From contig OZ220480.1 of assembly GCA_965116025.1 (NCBI GenBank), forward strand, positions 256,001-320,000: a stretch of DNA of 64,000 bases. The letters run 5' to 3'. Below, piece by piece: positions 9,066-18,523 of this stretch; position 1 is the first letter of the stretch; each line of letters begins with the position of its first letter. The position numbers and the translations under genes are program-made. The stretch comes from an uncultured candidatus Porisulfidus sp. GTDB taxonomy: Bacteria; Pseudomonadota; Gammaproteobacteria; Poriferisulfidales; Poriferisulfidaceae. The notes beneath the pieces are model-generated. The model was not told the origin of the DNA. It saw only the letters and a program-made list of their open reading frames with translations, and ran no database searches.

Positions 9066-11162
9066 ATGCCTAGCAAGAAAGACCTGATCCATCGCTACAA
9101 CTGCCGCGAGATCTCGCAGTTGCAGTTCAACCTGCGGGTTGTCATGCAGGGCGCGGACAAAAGAACTCCGGTGCTGGAGCGTCTGCGCTTCCTGTGCATC
9201 GCCAGCCGCAACTTAGACGAGTTTTTCGAGGTTCGGGTCGCCGCCTTGCGCCAGCTGGTCAAGTACGGCACTGAAACGCACAGCGGCGAGGGTCTGACCG
9301 CTCAGGAAATACTCGCGGAGATATCCAGACAGGCGCACTTGATCGTCGATATTCAGTACCGTCTGTTGCAGAAAAGCGTGCTGACCGCGCTGAGAACACG
9401 CGACATCTATTTCCTGCGCAGGCACGAGTGGAACAAGGCGCAACGGCAGTGGATTCGGCAGTATTTTCGCCGCGAGATCCTGCCCATCCTCTCTCCGCTG
9501 GGCCTTGACAGCCGACACCCGTTCCCCCGCGTGCAGAACAAGAGCCTCAACTTCATGGTCAAGCTCGCCGGCAAGGACGCGTATGGCCGTGACGCGGAAT
9601 ACGCCGTCGTCACCGCGCCGCGCTCCCTGCCCCGCATCGTGCGCCTGCCGGAGGAGATTGGTAACAAGCGCGACAGTTACGTCTTCCTGTCCTCAATTAT
9701 CCACGACAATCTCGGGGACCTGTTCCCTGGTCTCAAGATCAAGGGTTGCCACCAGTTCCGGGTCACCATGGACAGCAATCTTTTCTACGACGAGGAGGAG
9801 GTGAAGAGTCTGCGCGACGTCTTGGCCGGCATGCTGCCCGAGCGCCAGTACGGCGAGGCCGTGCGCCTGGAGGTCGTGAACGACTGCCCAAGCGACATCA
9901 TCCGATTCCTGCGCGAGCAGTACCAGTTGGACGCCGGCAGCGTGTACGCGGTCAACGGGCCCGTCAACTTGTACCGGCTAATGAATTTCCCGGAATTGAT
10001 CGACCGCCCGGACCTTCGCTATCCTCCCTACCGCTCGAAAACGCCCAAGGTCTTCCGGGATCTTTCGGCCTCAAGCCAGCTGTTCGACCTTCTGGACCAG
10101 CAGGATATCCTGCTGCACCACCCATTCGATTCGTTCAAGTGGACCATCCGGTTCCTGCGCGAGGCCGCCGCGGACCCAAAGGTGGTCTCCATCAAGCAGA
10201 CCATTTACCGAACCGGGCTGGAATCCGATTTGGCCGCGATCCTGGAATCGGCGGCCCGGTCTGGAAAGGAGGTCACGGTGATCATCGAGCTGAGCGCGCG
10301 ATTCGACGAGGAGGCCAACATCCAACTGGCCCAACGGCTGGAACAGGCTGGCGCGCAAGTACTGTATGGCGTGGTCGGCCACAAGACGCACGCCAAAATG
10401 ATGCTGGTGGTGCGTCGAGGCGAAGATGGCCTGCGGCGCTACGCGCACCTCGGCACGGGAAACTACCATTCGGTCACCACCCGCCTGTATACCGATTACG
10501 CCCTGCTGACGTCCCACCAGGAACTCTGCGAGGACGTGCACAAGATCTTCCTCCAGGTGGCCAGCCTCGGGCGGGCCCCGAAACTCGCCCTCATGTACCA
10601 GTCGCCATTGACCTTGGGACAAGGAATCATCGCGAAAATCCAGATGGCCGCCGAACGGGCCCGCGAGGGAGCGAAATCGGTCATCTACGCCAAGATGAAC
10701 GCGCTGACCGAATACGGGATCATCGACGCTCTCTACGAGGCGTCCCGGGCCGGGGTCGCCATCGATCTGCTGGTCCGTGGCGAATGTCGCCTGCGCCCCG
10801 GCGTCAAGGGCCTCTCGGAAAACATACGCGTCCGCTCCATCATCGGGCGGTTTCTGGAGCATACTCGGGCGTTTTGCTTCCGCGTCGGCGAGAAGGAGGA
10901 GATTTACCTGTCGAGCGCCGACTGGATGACCCGGAACATCCACCACCGCGTGGAAACCATGTTTCCAATCCTGGACCGAAAGATCCAGAAGCGCGTCGTG
11001 AAAGAGACGTTCGAGACGTACTTTCGGGACAACTGCCAGAGCTGGCAGCTGAAACCCGACGGAACGTACGCCAAGACCGCCATCGGCCGCGGCCGCCGGA
11101 GATTCTGCGCGCAGGAGACGCTCATGGCCATGCATGGAGAGATCGATGAGCCCCGCTTATAG
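9066..11162 (+). CDS. ppk1: Polyphosphate kinase 1
   Basis: NLDEFFEVRVA, LLHHPFDSF, IKQTIYRT, ARFDEEANI, KTHAK and SIIGRFLEHTR. Confidence 0.95.
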   Translation: MPSKKDLIHRYNCREISQLQFNLRVVMQGADKRTPVLERLRFLCIASRNLDEFFEVRVAALRQLVKYGTETHSGEGLTAQEILAEISRQAHLIVDIQYRLLQKSVLTALRTRDIYFLRRHEWNKAQRQWIRQYFRREILPILSPLGLDSRHPFPRVQNKSLNFMVKLAGKDAYGRDAEYAVVTAPRSLPRIVRLPEEIGNKRDSYVFLSSIIHDNLGDLFPGLKIKGCHQFRVTMDSNLFYDEEEVKSLRDVLAGMLPERQYGEAVRLEVVNDCPSDIIRFLREQYQLDAGSVYAVNGPVNLYRLMNFPELIDRPDLRYPPYRSKTPKVFRDLSASSQLFDLLDQQDILLHHPFDSFKWTIRFLREAAADPKVVSIKQTIYRTGLESDLAAILESAARSGKEVTVIIELSARFDEEANIQLAQRLEQAGAQVLYGVVGHKTHAKMMLVVRRGEDGLRRYAHLGTGNYHSVTTRLYTDYALLTSHQELCEDVHKIFLQVASLGRAPKLALMYQSPLTLGQGIIAKIQMAAERAREGAKSVIYAKMNALTEYGIIDALYEASRAGVAIDLLVRGECRLRPGVKGLSENIRVRSIIGRFLEHTRAFCFRVGEKEEIYLSSADWMTRNIHHRVETMFPILDRKIQKRVVKETFETYFRDNCQSWQLKPDGTYAKTAIGRGRRRFCAQETLMAMHGEIDEPRL

Positions 11163-12078
11163 CGTCCTGGACCTAGGCTCCAACAGTTTCCACATGATCC
11201 ACGCTCGCGTGGATGGGAATGGCGGCATCGTCGTGCTCGACAAGTTCAAGCAATACGTCTCGCTCGGGGCCGGCCTCAAGAAAAACGGAGAAATACGGGA
11301 ACGCTACCGGCACGCCGCCCTCAACTGCCTGCGGGAAGCGTCCAAGGTGATCCGAAGACAACGCCCCGCCCATTTCTCCGCGGTCGCCACCAATGCCTTC
11401 CGTCGCCAAAAAGACGACGAATTCAAAAACGCTTGCGAACGCGCGCTCGGGCATCCGATCCGCGTCCTGAGCGGCGAGAAGGAAGGCGACTACATTTATC
11501 GCGGCGTGGTGCTGACGACCCCGCTGTCAGGCCGAGACCACTGCATTCTCGACATCGGCGGAAGCAGCACCGAATTCATCCTCGGCAGCGGCGACCGCGC
11601 CAGTTGCGTCATCAGCTGGCAGCTTGGCAGCGCCATCGTGACCGAGCGTTTCTTCGACACCGCCCGGCTACGCCCCGCCAACTGGCGCTCCGCGGTCGAC
11701 TACGCGGGCGAGACCATCACGCTGGCGGGCAAGGGACGCATCCACCTGCCCGGCATCCAGACGATGCATGGCGCGTCTGGAGCCATCCGCGCCATCAGCC
11801 ACACCATGATCGAACTGGGCGTCAACGATACCGGGACCATTGACGCCGAGGCGGTGGAGCGGTTGGTCGAAAGCCTCCTGAACATCCATATCGGCTCGCG
11901 CTTCCAGCATCTGGACCGCTATCGAGTCCGGGTGTTTCTGGGTGGACTCGCGATCCTGCACGCCCTGTTCGAGTTGCTGGATATCGACAGCCTGAAACCC
12001 GCCAAGGGAGCCTTGCGGGAAGGCGTGCTTCTGGAACTCCACCAGCGGGCGGCGGCTCCGGCCGCGAAAGCCGCATAA
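11146..12078 (+). CDS. ppx: Exopolyphosphatase (Ppx/GppA family, short form)
   Basis: VLDLGSNSFH, VATNAFR, LDIGGSSTE and ALREGV. Overlaps the ppk1 stop. Confidence 0.88.
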   Translation: MSPAYSVLDLGSNSFHMIHARVDGNGGIVVLDKFKQYVSLGAGLKKNGEIRERYRHAALNCLREASKVIRRQRPAHFSAVATNAFRRQKDDEFKNACERALGHPIRVLSGEKEGDYIYRGVVLTTPLSGRDHCILDIGGSSTEFILGSGDRASCVISWQLGSAIVTERFFDTARLRPANWRSAVDYAGETITLAGKGRIHLPGIQTMHGASGAIRAISHTMIELGVNDTGTIDAEAVERLVESLLNIHIGSRFQHLDRYRVRVFLGGLAILHALFELLDIDSLKPAKGALREGVLLELHQRAAAPAAKAA

Positions 12079-12131
12079 CTCCCCCTCCCCCTCTTATAAT
12101 CTCATCACGACACCATCCTCCTGAAATCCGC

Positions 12132-13817
12132 ATGCCTCGCCTGCCACGCCCACATTCCCGCGTGATCGTCGACGGCCTGGAACGAGCCCCCGCCCGTTCC
12201 ATGCTGCGCGCCGTCGGTTTCGACAACGACGACTTTCGTCGGCCCCAGATCGGCATCGCCTCCACCTGGAGCGAGGTCACTCCCTGCAATATGCACATCG
12301 ACCGCTTAGCGCGCCAGGCGGCGCGCGGCGCCGGTCAGGCTGGTGGAAAACCGCTCACTTTCAACACCATCACCATATCCGACGGCATCTCCATGGGCAC
12401 GGAGGGCATGAAATACTCCTTGGTCTCGCGAGAATTGATCGCCGACAGCATCGAGGCGGTGACCGCGGGAGAGGGATTCGACGCGCTCGTGGCGATCGGC
12501 GGATGCGACAAGAACATGCCAGGTTGCCTGATGGCGATCGCGCGGCTGAACCGTCCGGCCGTGTTCGTCTACGGCGGCACCATCGCCCCAGGCCGCCACC
12601 GCGGGAAAAACGTCGACATCGTCTCGGTGTTCGAGGCGGTGGGCGAGCGGGCCAAAGGCCGGATCTCCGCGCGCGAGCTGTCCACCATCGAGGCCAGCGC
12701 CATCCCCGGCGCCGGCTCGTGCGGCGGCATGTACACCGCCAACACCATGGCCTCGGCGATCGAGGCCATGGGCATGAGCCTCCCCGGCAGTTCGGCGCAA
12801 ATGGCGACCTCCCGGGCCAAGCGCGAGGACTGCCTGCGGGCCGGCGAGACGGCGGTCAACCTGCTGAAACTCGGGATCACCCCCCGAGACATCATGACGC
12901 GCCCAGCCTTCCTCAACGCCATCGCCGTGGCGACCGCTCTCGGGGGCTCCACCAATGTCGTTCTTCACCTGCTCGCCATGGCCCGATCCATAAGAGCGCG
13001 CCTCTCTCTGGACGATTTCACGCGCGTGGGACGCAAGGTGCCCGTGCTCGCGGACCTTCGGCCCTCCGGGCGGCACATGATGTCGGAACTGGTGCGAATC
13101 GGGGGAATACGTCCCCTGATGAAGCGCCTGCTGGAGGCCGGTCTCCTGAACGGGGACTGCCGCACGGTCACCGGACGCGCGCTGGGCGAGGATCTGGAAG
13201 ACGCGCCGGACTACCCGAAAACCCAGAAAATCATTCGCCCACTCTCCGACCCGATCAAGCCAGAAGGCCACTTGGTCATCCTGCGCGGAAATCTGGCCCC
13301 CGAGGGCGCCGTGGCCAAGATCACCGGCAAGGAGGGCACCGCTTTCGAGGGACGCGCGCGCGCGTTCGACTCCGAGGAAAAAGCTCTGCGCGCGATTCTG
13401 GACGGCTCCATCCGCGCCGGCGACGTGGTGGTGATCCGCTACGAGGGCCCCCGCGGCGGACCTGGGATGCGCGAGATGCTCGCCCCGACCTCCGCCATCA
13501 TGGGCCGGGGGCTCGGCGACAGCGTGGCCCTGATCACCGACGGACGATTCTCGGGGGGATCGCGCGGATTCGTGATCGGGCACATCACTCCGGAAGCGGC
13601 CGACGGAGGCCCGCTCGCCCTAGTGCGGAACGGCGATCGCATCTCGATCGATGCCACGCGCCGAGAGATCACCCTGCGAGTGTCAGATCAGGAACTGGAA
13701 CGTCGCCGCGAAACTTTGAGACCTCGACGCCCGCGCTACCGCGCCGGCGTGCTTGCGAAATACGCGCGAAACGCGCGCTCCGCCTCAGAAGGAGCGGTCA
13801 CGGACGCGTTCGACTGA
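12132..13817 (+). CDS. ilvD: Dihydroxy-acid dehydratase
   Basis: TPCNMH, SDGISMGTEGM, GGCDKNMPG, CGGMYTANTM, YEGPRGGPGMREML and LITDGRFSG. Confidence 0.96.
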   Translation: MPRLPRPHSRVIVDGLERAPARSMLRAVGFDNDDFRRPQIGIASTWSEVTPCNMHIDRLARQAARGAGQAGGKPLTFNTITISDGISMGTEGMKYSLVSRELIADSIEAVTAGEGFDALVAIGGCDKNMPGCLMAIARLNRPAVFVYGGTIAPGRHRGKNVDIVSVFEAVGERAKGRISARELSTIEASAIPGAGSCGGMYTANTMASAIEAMGMSLPGSSAQMATSRAKREDCLRAGETAVNLLKLGITPRDIMTRPAFLNAIAVATALGGSTNVVLHLLAMARSIRARLSLDDFTRVGRKVPVLADLRPSGRHMMSELVRIGGIRPLMKRLLEAGLLNGDCRTVTGRALGEDLEDAPDYPKTQKIIRPLSDPIKPEGHLVILRGNLAPEGAVAKITGKEGTAFEGRARAFDSEEKALRAILDGSIRAGDVVVIRYEGPRGGPGMREMLAPTSAIMGRGLGDSVALITDGRFSGGSRGFVIGHITPEAADGGPLALVRNGDRISIDATRREITLRVSDQELERRRETLRPRRPRYRAGVLAKYARNARSASEGAVTDAFD

Positions 13818-13839
13818 CCGAAGCGCGAGCCCGAAACCG

Positions 13840-14178
13840 TCAATAACCGCCCTTGCGGCGGCTCTCCGGCAACCCGGCGATCCGCCCACCCTGCTTGCTG
13901 GGATCCCCCGGAAACAGGTCGTAGAGAGTCTTGGCGCTGATCCTCTCGCCCCAAAGCCCGCCCAGATGCTTCACCAAATTGCGGGTGTTGGGTTGGTTCC
14001 CAGCGTTCTGGAAGAACTCTTCTCGCAGGTGGTTGATGATGTCCCAGTGACGTTCCGTCAGTTCCAGATCCTCGGACTTCGCCATGCGCTCGGCCAGCCC
14101 CTCGCTCCAGTCTTCCGCGTTGACCAAGTAACCGCCCGGCGTGGTCTCGATCACCTTTCCTTCAAACTCAAAGCTCAT
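13840..14178 (-). CDS. TusE/DsrC/DsvC family protein lacking the C-terminal cysteines (RspA-like)
   Basis: GYLVNAEDWS, LTERHWDII and LYDLFPGDPSKQGGRIAGLP. Ends RRKGGY and contains no Cys. RBS GGAGGA precedes ATG 14178. Confidence 0.85.
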   Translation of the reverse strand: MSFEFEGKVIETTPGGYLVNAEDWSEGLAERMAKSEDLELTERHWDIINHLREEFFQNAGNQPNTRNLVKHLGGLWGERISAKTLYDLFPGDPSKQGGRIAGLPESRRKGGY

Positions 14179-14786
14179 TCGGTCCTCCATGAATTTCCGA
14201 AAAGATAAAAGCGAGCGAATTATAACGAGAGCCCGGGAGACTCGAATCCCGGCATTGACCGACCATAGCGAAAAACCGCCGCGCTCACGGAACGCGCGTC
14301 AACAAATCCCACTAACGACTCGCGCGCTCCGCCCCATCCTCAGCGGATCCCCCGGGAAACTCAGGCGAAAACACCGAGTTCCAGCGTCACCTCCCGCCAA
14401 CCAGCGTGAAGACGCTTCCGACAACGCTGACGATCACCCCAACGCCAAGCAGGATGCGCCAGAGCAAAGTGGAGAGTTGACCCTGCATTTCTTTGCGCAG
14501 GCCACTGATCTCGCTATGCAATTCGTTGCGAAGCTCAAGCCCCTGCTTCACGATCTCGGCCTTCAGCTCTCTCCGCGTCGCGAGCAAGTCCTCTCTCGTG
14601 GCGAGTTCCGCCTGGGAGTCTCGAATGGTCTCGACGATAGCCATGGCCTGACGCTCCTGGAAGCCTCCGTTCGTCAGTTTCTTCTCCGCTCCCATTGTGA
14701 TGGGATGGTTCGCCCCGCTTCCCTGCTTGGCCTTGAGCGGGCACAATTAGAGTATCACAACCCATAGCGAAAGCAGGACGACCCTT

Positions 14787-15833
14787 ATGAAGCAGACTCT
14801 ACATCAACTCGCCATCGCCCATCTGGGCGTGGACCTGGGCAAGCAGGCGTTTCACGCCTGCGGCATGACGCGCGCCGGCAAGATCGCGCTGGAGAGGCGC
14901 TTCACGCGGGCTCAGCTGGAACGCTTCGCGGAGGAGCTGCCGCCATGCCGGGTCGGGCTGGAGGCCTGCGGCGGCGCGCACCATTGGGCGCGGCTGTTCC
15001 GTCGTCATGGGCACGACGCGCGGCTGATGGCGCCGTCCTTCGTGAAGCCGTTCGTGAAGTCGAACAAGAACGACGCGCGCGACGCGGAGGCGATTTGCGA
15101 AGCGCGGAGCCGTCCGAGCATGCGCTTCGCGCCGGCACGGTCGGAGGCCGAGCAAGCGATCCAGCAATGCCATCGGACGCGGGAGCGGCTGGTGCGGAGC
15201 CGCACCCGGCTGGTCAACCAGTCGCGCGCGTTCCTGCAGGAGTACGGGATCGTCATGCCGAAAGGGATCGGGGTCTTTCGCGCGCGGCTGCCGGAGATCC
15301 TGGAGGACGGCGAGAACGGCCTGCTTCCGGAAGTCCGCGAGGCGCTGGCGGAAGGCTACGAGGAGGTGCGGGCGCTGGATCGGCGGGAGGGGGATTGCCG
15401 GGCGCGGATCCAGGCGCATGCCGAGGCCGATCCGGGCTGCCGGCGGCTGATGACGATCCCGGGCATAGGCGCGCTGACGGCCAGCGCCCTGGTCGCGAAG
15501 CTGGGCGACGGCGGCGAGTTCCGCAATGGGCGGGAGGCGGCCGCCTACCTCGGCCTGGTGCCGCGGCAATACTCCACCGGCGGAAAGCCGAAGCTCGGAG
15601 GGATCAGCAAGCGGGGGGACCGCGCCTTGCGCGGCCTGCTGATCTTGGGCGCGAAAGCGGTATTGCGCGTCTCGGACCAGCGCGAGGACGCGCTCGGCGC
15701 TTGGCTTCGCGGCCTGCGGGAGCGCCACCACGACAACGTGGCGGCGGTCGCGTTGGCGAACAAGAACGTCCGCGTCGCCTGGGCGCTGCTCCGGCGCGGC
15801 GGAACCTATCGGGAGGAAGCCCGCATGACATGA
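14787..15833 (+). CDS. IS110 family transposase (DEDD bridge recombinase)
   Basis: LGVDLGK, GLEACG and KNDARDA form the DEDD set. Also IPGIG and FRNGREAAAYLGLVPRQYSTGGK with the catalytic Ser. Confidence 0.95.
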   Translation: MKQTLHQLAIAHLGVDLGKQAFHACGMTRAGKIALERRFTRAQLERFAEELPPCRVGLEACGGAHHWARLFRRHGHDARLMAPSFVKPFVKSNKNDARDAEAICEARSRPSMRFAPARSEAEQAIQQCHRTRERLVRSRTRLVNQSRAFLQEYGIVMPKGIGVFRARLPEILEDGENGLLPEVREALAEGYEEVRALDRREGDCRARIQAHAEADPGCRRLMTIPGIGALTASALVAKLGDGGEFRNGREAAAYLGLVPRQYSTGGKPKLGGISKRGDRALRGLLILGAKAVLRVSDQREDALGAWLRGLRERHHDNVAAVALANKNVRVAWALLRRGGTYREEARMT

Positions 15834-15869
15834 GGCTTCCCTCCGTATCCCGGCGGGCTCTGCCCGCCG

Positions 15870-16055
15870 ATCGGTTGCGGGGAAGAAGCGAAAAGATGGC
15901 GGAACAGGTCGGACCGACGCTCCGAGACCCTGGATTTGATACAGGCCTTCGAGGCCGTTATCGTGATAAGGACGGAGCGTGCGAAACCCATCGGGGCCCG
16001 GGAGGCGACGTCCTCCCATCAAGAGGCCGGATATATGTGCGCAGCCGATCGACCG
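15870..16055 (+). ncRNA. Putative bridge RNA/seekRNA of the IS1111 element (boundaries approximate)
   Basis: The stem CGCTCCG...CGGAGCG encloses TTTGATACA (15935-15943), which matches the empty target site. CCCATC (15987-15992) and ATATATG (16031-16037) match the predicted circle junction. Confidence 0.7.
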
Positions 16056-16651
16056 TCGCTTCAGCTTCCGACTTGCAGGGAGGGGGCGAACCATATATAT
16101 CAAACGCTGGCGGCCGTGGGGCCGGACGCTCGGAAGCCGATTCGGCGGGAATTCGTTGCTGATGATGTTCCATGAGAGATCTCCTGATCCAAGTCAAAGG
16201 GCGAGGACGGAGCGCGCGGATCTCGGCCTCCATCCGGCGAGTCTCCGACCATGCCCCAAAGCGCGGGAAAACGCAAGCGAAAATGGTCACTTTCTCGTGA
16301 CCATTTTCGCTTGACTTTCCGTCCCGCTTGTTGTAGGACGAATGATCATCTGTGGAATCATGGACTTACGCGCGACGCTGATCCGTGGGTTCGCGCCGGA
16401 ATCCAAAACGCCACCCTCCCGCCGTTCCCCGCCCCAGAATCTGGAGTCGCCTCGAGAATACGAATTCGAACACTGAGTGAGGATTGGAATAAGGTAAAGT
16501 CACGACCTTAGAGAATTCCCGATAACGTCTGGCAATCAAGCCGTGCTCCTGATGATCGAGAAGTGAAAGCATAGGAATTTAAAGATGTGAAAATCAAAAT
16601 AATTAAAAATTCAATTTTGATTTATCTTAAAAAGATGTGCAATATTCGGCC

Positions 16652-18334
16652 ATGATCGAGCGCGACCTGGCCCCGAGATTGGAGAAAGCGGCCTTGACGT
16701 GGCCGTCCATCACGCTCACCGGACCCCGGCAGAGCGGCAAAACGACGTTGTGCCGCGCTCTGTTCCCCGAACATCCCTACGAAACGCTGGAGAATCCTGA
16801 CGCGAGGGGCTTCGCGGAGGAAGACCCCCGCGCCTTCCTGGCCCAGTTTCCGCAAGGCGCCATCCTCGACGAGATCCAAAGATCGCCAGGCCTGCTCTCC
16901 TACCTGCAAGGCATAATCGACGAGGACCCGACTCCCGGCCGGTGGATTCTCACGGGATCGCAAAATCTCTCCCTCCTAGAGAAAGTCAGCCAATCCTTGG
17001 CTGGAAGAACGATGGTCCGCAACCTGCTCCCGCTCGCCAGAAGCGAGGTGATACGTTTCCCTCGGCATCCAGAAACGCTTGATGAGACCCTTTTCATGGG
17101 ATCCTATCCACGCATATTCGACACCGCTATCGATGCCTCGGACTGGCTCGGATCCTACATCATCAACTACATTGAACGCGACGTTCGCTCCATTAGCAAC
17201 GTAAGCGACCTCCCGACGTTCCAGCGCTTCCTCGAGCTCTGCGCCGGACGAACGGCGCAGTTGCTGAATTACTCGGCCCTAGCCGGGGACTGCGGCATCT
17301 CGCAACCGACCGCGAAAGCCTGGCTTGGCATCCTTGAAGCCAGTTTCCTCGTCTTCCGCCTGCCCGCCCTCCACGCGAACATTCGCAAACGACTGGTGAA
17401 AATGCCGAAACTGCATTTCTACGACACCGGGATCGCGTGCTGGCTGCTGGGCATTCGCGCGCCCGAGCAGCTCCGCGCGCATCCGCTTCGCGGCGCGATC
17501 TTCGAAACTTGGGTGGTCTCGGAGATCGCGAAACGGTGGGCCAACCTCGGCGAGACGCGCGGGCTGGCGTTCTACCGCGACCAGAACGGAGCGGAAGCCG
17601 ACCTCATCGTCGAACGTCCCGCCAGCACCGTGATCGTCGAGGCCAAATCCAGCGAGACGGCATCCTCCAGCCTATTCCACAGCGCCCGGCGCGTCCGAAA
17701 GCATCTCGCCTCGGCAACCCGTCGTTGCTCCACGATCGTGGTGTACGGCGGAAATCAGCTTCAGCGCCGGAGCACGGACAGCCTGATTCCCTGGCGGGAA
17801 CTGCATGAATTCGACTGGGAGACGTCGGACAGCATCGTCATAGTGCGGTCGTCCTCTGGACAACCGGTCGCCGGAGCCGACGTGCTCGCATTGTTTCCCA
17901 ACAAGATTGGGAAGAGCGCGACCACCGATGAGAACGGCGCGGCGGTATTCGATCTGCATTCGGCGGAGTCGCCAATGACCGTCTTCGTGGCGGCGAAAAG
18001 ATTCGAGGCCCATTTGGAGCGCGCCTGGATCCCTGACAGAGGAGCTCTGGATGTCGAGTTGCGCGAATCACCGGACGGCGGGGCAGTCATTTTTCCAAAC
18101 GGCGTCGGGCGAGTGCCGCCCCTGCGAGGGCGAATCGAGCCGATCCTGGACGACCTTGGCAGGTCATATCTCTACGCCTATGACATCGCCATCAATGACG
18201 GACGCCAACAGCAACCGACGCGCTTCGAGTTTGGAACGGAGCTGCTTCTCAGCGATATCGAGGGGCGGAGCGCGCTGGCGAGCGTCGTGGAAATCGTAGA
18301 CCGAGCCGCGTTGATTCAGTATCGTCGAGTCTAG
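16652..18334 (+). CDS. AAA_14 ATPase + DUF4143 protein with an extra C-terminal beta-rich domain
   Basis: TGPRQSGKTT, ILDEIQR, ILTGSQ, SLAGR, KRLVKMPKLHFYDTG, GAIFETWV and EADL...VEAK, followed by an extension of about 170 aa. Confidence 0.85.
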   Translation: MIERDLAPRLEKAALTWPSITLTGPRQSGKTTLCRALFPEHPYETLENPDARGFAEEDPRAFLAQFPQGAILDEIQRSPGLLSYLQGIIDEDPTPGRWILTGSQNLSLLEKVSQSLAGRTMVRNLLPLARSEVIRFPRHPETLDETLFMGSYPRIFDTAIDASDWLGSYIINYIERDVRSISNVSDLPTFQRFLELCAGRTAQLLNYSALAGDCGISQPTAKAWLGILEASFLVFRLPALHANIRKRLVKMPKLHFYDTGIACWLLGIRAPEQLRAHPLRGAIFETWVVSEIAKRWANLGETRGLAFYRDQNGAEADLIVERPASTVIVEAKSSETASSSLFHSARRVRKHLASATRRCSTIVVYGGNQLQRRSTDSLIPWRELHEFDWETSDSIVIVRSSSGQPVAGADVLALFPNKIGKSATTDENGAAVFDLHSAESPMTVFVAAKRFEAHLERAWIPDRGALDVELRESPDGGAVIFPNGVGRVPPLRGRIEPILDDLGRSYLYAYDIAINDGRQQQPTRFEFGTELLLSDIEGRSALASVVEIVDRAALIQYRRV

Positions 18335-18523
18335 ACCTTCTCTCGATATCTCCTGACGCGAATCGGCATCGTCCCTTCAAACATAAAGCGATCCTCCAGA
18401 TTCCAGACGGACAGGTCTTGAAGCCCACTCCGATAGCGGAACCATCCGGTCAAACGATTTTATATGATTTTATATATTGAAAGCTTCACTTGCAATTATT
18501 TAGGAAAGAGTTATCATGTGGAT

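Larger units (their letters stand above)
14699..16098 (+). mobile_element. IS110-family, IS1111-subgroup insertion sequence (complete; ends +/-1 nt)
   Basis: Sub-terminal inverted repeats ATGGTTCGCCCC (14705-14716) and GGGGCGAACCAT (16083-16094) are set 6-7 nt and 3-4 nt in from the ends. There is a long 3' non-coding region and no TSD. Removing the element restores the host ORF. Confidence 0.9.
14387..16173 (-). pseudogene. DUF1640/CCDC90-like coiled-coil membrane-anchored protein gene, interrupted by the IS110 element
   Basis: The 5' part 16173-16099 (AGGAG RBS; MEHHQQ...PPAFD) joins in frame to the 3' part 14698-14387 (TMGAEKKLTNGGFQERQAMAIV...LATREDL...C-terminal TM helix). This restores the family-typical FDT..KL...GF...QA motif. 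Confidence 0.8.

Noticed and set aside
14787-15833. IS110 transposase acting as a Piv-like invertase for the porin cassette
   Set aside because: It lies inside a complete IS with its own ends. Its putative guides match the DUF1640 site and the IS junction, and I did not find TTTGATACA in the porin repeats.
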